The position numbers were made by a program, and so were the translations under genes. Positions 60,980 to 64,000 of a stretch of DNA of 64,000 bases are shown one piece after another. Source of the stretch: Acidimicrobiia bacterium (GTDB lineage Bacteria; Actinomycetota; Acidimicrobiia; Spongiisociales; ZC4RG35); the NCBI GenBank assembly GCA_965215185.1, contig OZ244034.1:224001-288000 (forward strand), in the 5' to 3' direction. Position 1 is the first letter of the stretch; each line of letters opens with the position of its first letter. The notes under the pieces are model-generated. The model was not told the origin of the DNA and ran no database searches. It saw nothing but the letters and a program-made list of their open reading frames with translations.

Positions 60980-62125
60980 TTAGTTTTCGATGTAGGTGCT
61001 CCAGTTTTCCATGAGTTGGCGGCGTCGTTCTAGGAGGTCTGTTCTGGCATAGGCTCTTTCTACAGAGTTTCGGATTTCGTGGCCGAGGGCTTGTTCTGCC
61101 ACTTCGCGGGCTATTCCGGTTTCTCCGCACCAGTCCCTAAAGCTGCTTCTCATTCCGTGTGGCACACAGCCCACGTTGTTTTCCTTGCATAGTTTGCTCA
61201 TGGTGGCATTGCTCAGCGGTCGCCCGGTAGGCGACGGGAACACCAAGCTCTTGCCGTTTGACTGTCGGCGCGCTGTCTCGAGAACCGCCAAAGCACCAGT
61301 GCTGAGTGGCACCCGATGCTCTTGTCCGGCTTTTGTGTGGTCTGGCGGGATTGTCCACGTCTGCGTTGCAGGATCTATTTCGTCCCAGGTGGCGTTCCTG
61401 ACCTCGCCGCTCCGTGTCGCTGTGAGAGTCAGGAACTTGAACGCGGCGATGGTCGCCCAGTGCGCATCGGTGGCTTCGACCGCTCGAACCGCGGCGGCGA
61501 CCTTGCTGTGGGGTAGCGCCTTCATGTGCTGGGGGCGTTGTTTGTTGGTACCCAGCGCGGCGGTGATGCGATCGTCGGCAGGGTTGTCTTCTCGGTATCC
61601 CTGGGCGATGGACCACTTCATCACCGAAGAGATCCTCTGTTTCACCCGGCTAGCGGTTTCAGGGATCTCAAGCCATATAGGAGAAAGACAAGCCATGACA
61701 TCCCCCGAAGTGACCAGGTCCACCCGCTTGTTCCCAAACCGCGGATACGCATAGGTCCGCAGACTCGACCGCCAATGCTCCTCAGACCTACCACCCGACT
61801 TCCACTTCGCGGAATAAAGGCGGATAACTCTCTCGGTAGCCTGACAAAAAGTGGGCACTCTGCGAGCGCGGGGATTGCGCCCTTCCTCGACGGCCCGTCG
61901 GTTGCGAAGAGCCCGCCGGCGGGCCTCCGCCAACGTAACAGCCGGGTAGCTACCCAACCCGAGGTTTGTTTCCCTTCCGCTGATCCGGATTCTCTGCACC
62001 CAGACCTTCGAAAGCCGTCCCTTAATCTTGGTCGGTCTAACCACCAGGCTCAGACCATGACCGCCCCTACCGAGTCGGGTTACGCCCTTAACGAAGGCGG
62101 GTGAGAGTGTCTTGGGCCTCTTCAC
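60980..62125 (-). CDS. Second P4-type tyrosine integrase (divergent paralog)
   Basis: MKRPKTLS, GLGSYPAVTL, TATRSGEV, HGMRSSFRDW, LGH, AY; YGDG segment missing. Confidence 0.92.
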   Translation of the reverse strand: MKRPKTLSPAFVKGVTRLGRGGHGLSLVVRPTKIKGRLSKVWVQRIRISGRETNLGLGSYPAVTLAEARRRALRNRRAVEEGRNPRARRVPTFCQATERVIRLYSAKWKSGGRSEEHWRSSLRTYAYPRFGNKRVDLVTSGDVMACLSPIWLEIPETASRVKQRISSVMKWSIAQGYREDNPADDRITAALGTNKQRPQHMKALPHSKVAAAVRAVEATDAHWATIAAFKFLTLTATRSGEVRNATWDEIDPATQTWTIPPDHTKAGQEHRVPLSTGALAVLETARRQSNGKSLVFPSPTGRPLSNATMSKLCKENNVGCVPHGMRSSFRDWCGETGIAREVAEQALGHEIRNSVERAYARTDLLERRRQLMENWSTYIEN

Positions 62126-62646
62126 TTATTTCATCTCCCTGTGCTAAGATTTGGAAGGCTAGTTCATCGGTGTCGATTGTCCCTGTGAGGTGTCGGAACC
62201 TGTACCCGTTTCTGTACCGTTATTGTAAGTGCCCTTCAGTGACGCCTCCTGCCACCGCATGACACAACCCCCACCACAAACACACCGCTAACAGGGCAAA
62301 CAAAGACCCATAGAGACGAAATAGCACGGGAAACAGCTAGCGCGCGCGTACTCCCTCTCCGCTCAACCCGGCGCGGTTCACTGGCACTCGAAACACCAGT
62401 TAGGAGTGCCTGTTCAACGCCTCTGGCGTAGGGCAGGGGACAGTTTCATGCTCCGGATGCTGGGACGTGTCGGGAATGAATCGATGGCAACACGTTTCCG
62501 TTCTTGTATCCTCCATCCGGAATTGGGCGATGCGGCTGTTGAAGCCATCCGGCAGATCAACAATTCGTATCTCGCCTTAGGATGTCCTATTTCTGAGATG
62601 TAGCGACACCTCGGTCACCAACTGGACCAAGAGCATGCACATTTGA

Positions 62647-63630
62647 TCACGGTTTTAGGTAGTGAGCCCATTGTTCCATGATCGGTCGTTGTGCTTCGAG
62701 GAGGTCGCTTCTGGCGTAGGCGCCTTCTACGCCTCCCACGGTGTGTGCCAGTGCCGCCTCGGCTATCTCGCGAGGCACTCCCGAGTCTCTACACCAGTCA
62801 CGGAAGGATGATCGCATTCCGTGTGGAACGGCTTCGATCCCGTTTTCATGAACCAGTTTGGAGATCGTTGAGTTGGATAGTGGCTTTCCTGTGGGTGATG
62901 GGAATACCAACCCGGTTGCGTCTGTGAGGTCGGCAGCATCGTTGATGATGTTCCGTGCCGGCCTGCTTAGGGGCACCCGATGCGGGCGACCGGTTTTGGT
63001 TCGTTTGCTGGGAATTTCCCATGTGTCCGTGGTGAGGTTGATCTCGTTCCATGTGGCGTTTCGGACTTCGCCGCTTCTGGTTGCTGTCAGGGTCAGGATT
63101 TTGAAGGCGGCGATGGTTGCCCAATGGGCGTTTGACGCTTCGATGGTTTTGATGGCGGCGCCGACGTTGCTGTGGTGCAGGGCTCGCATGTGGTTGCGGC
63201 GGGTGCTGTTCTTGCCTAGCCCGGCGAGAATGGCCGCGCTGGGATCCGACTCCGAGAAACCCTCCGCGATCGCCCATTTCATGATGTCTTTGCTGGTGAC
63301 CTCGTCGACCTGTTTGCGTCCGATGTGGGGGAACACATAGGTTTGCAGGCTCGATTCCCAGATTCTTCGGCTCCGGCTTCCCGGTCGCCATTTTCCGGAG
63401 TGCAGTTCGATCACTTTGGCGGCTGCTTGTTGGAAGGTCGGTGTTCGGCCTGATCGCGGGTTGTGGCCTTCTTCAACGGACTGCCGGTTTCTCAGGGCCC
63501 GTCTTCGGGCTTCGGCCAGTGTGACGGCGGGATAGCTGCCTAGTCCCAGGTTGGTTTCCCGCCCGTTGATGCGTATTCGCTGGCTCCAGGTCTTCGAGAA
63601 CCGACCCCCGATGTTGGTGGTTTTGACCAG
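62647..63630 (-). pseudogene. P4-type integrase copy, 5'-truncated with an in-frame internal deletion
   Basis: Near-identical to 57901-59055; lacks the N-terminal ~33 aa and CLTP...GTIMK (29 aa). Confidence 0.9.
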
Positions 63631-64000
63631 CACCTCATCCAGATAACTCAGGCGCCAGGTGGTACGTTGGGCGCGCCACCAGGAACCGGAACACTCCATC
63701 CCAAGCATCCCGGTCCACCAACCCGCCCATCACCGGTGAGGCGGACCCGCCTCACCGGTTGAAGGCCAGGGAAAAATGCCGCTTGGCTGGGCCACCCTCG
63801 GGAGTGAAGTGGATCCGCGGGAAGAGACCTAGCACCAGGGAGGGTGACGCTCCGACCATGGCGGCGGCTACCGCGGCGAGCCCCGCGGCAAAGTTAGGTG
63901 TTTGGAATAGGCCTGAATGGAACGGGAAGAACGCTTTCACCACGACTGGGGTTGGGGTCTCAGTGTGCAGGTCCGGTGAGGGCGCTCTCGATGATTTCGG

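Noticed and set aside
63732-63759. 28-bp near-perfect palindrome ACCGGTGAGGCGG-AC-CCGCCTCACCGGT
   Set aside because: Single occurrence in what looks like a decayed membrane-transporter fragment; no supporting context

Overview
High-GC (Actinomycetota-like; inferred from SLH proteins, LacI/ABC sugar locus and IS types) window in two parts. 1-15.5 kb is metabolic: hydantoinase/oxoprolinase A+B, an amidohydrolase, a LacI-regulated GH13 alpha-glucosidase/sugar ABC locus with visible operators and promoter, a kinase, a cupin and an alpha/beta hydrolase. 15.7-64 kb is a decayed mobile/defence region. It holds nested IS3-in-ISL3, IS110/IS481 remnants, a XerC-like tyrosine recombinase with a recurring GATAC-N7-ATATC site, SLH surface proteins, and a SLATT-like and a DUF4268 protein. 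It also holds an XRE + ImmA/IrrE-controlled ubiquitin-like/E2-E1(ThiF)/DUF6527 operon, an anti-phage dCTP deaminase followed by a small ORF, a dpd (7-deazaguanine DNA modification) cluster with no que genes and a split dpdE, and four P4-type integrase copies. No rRNA, intact tRNA or CRISPR array was seen. All family calls are by eye from motifs; no searches were run.
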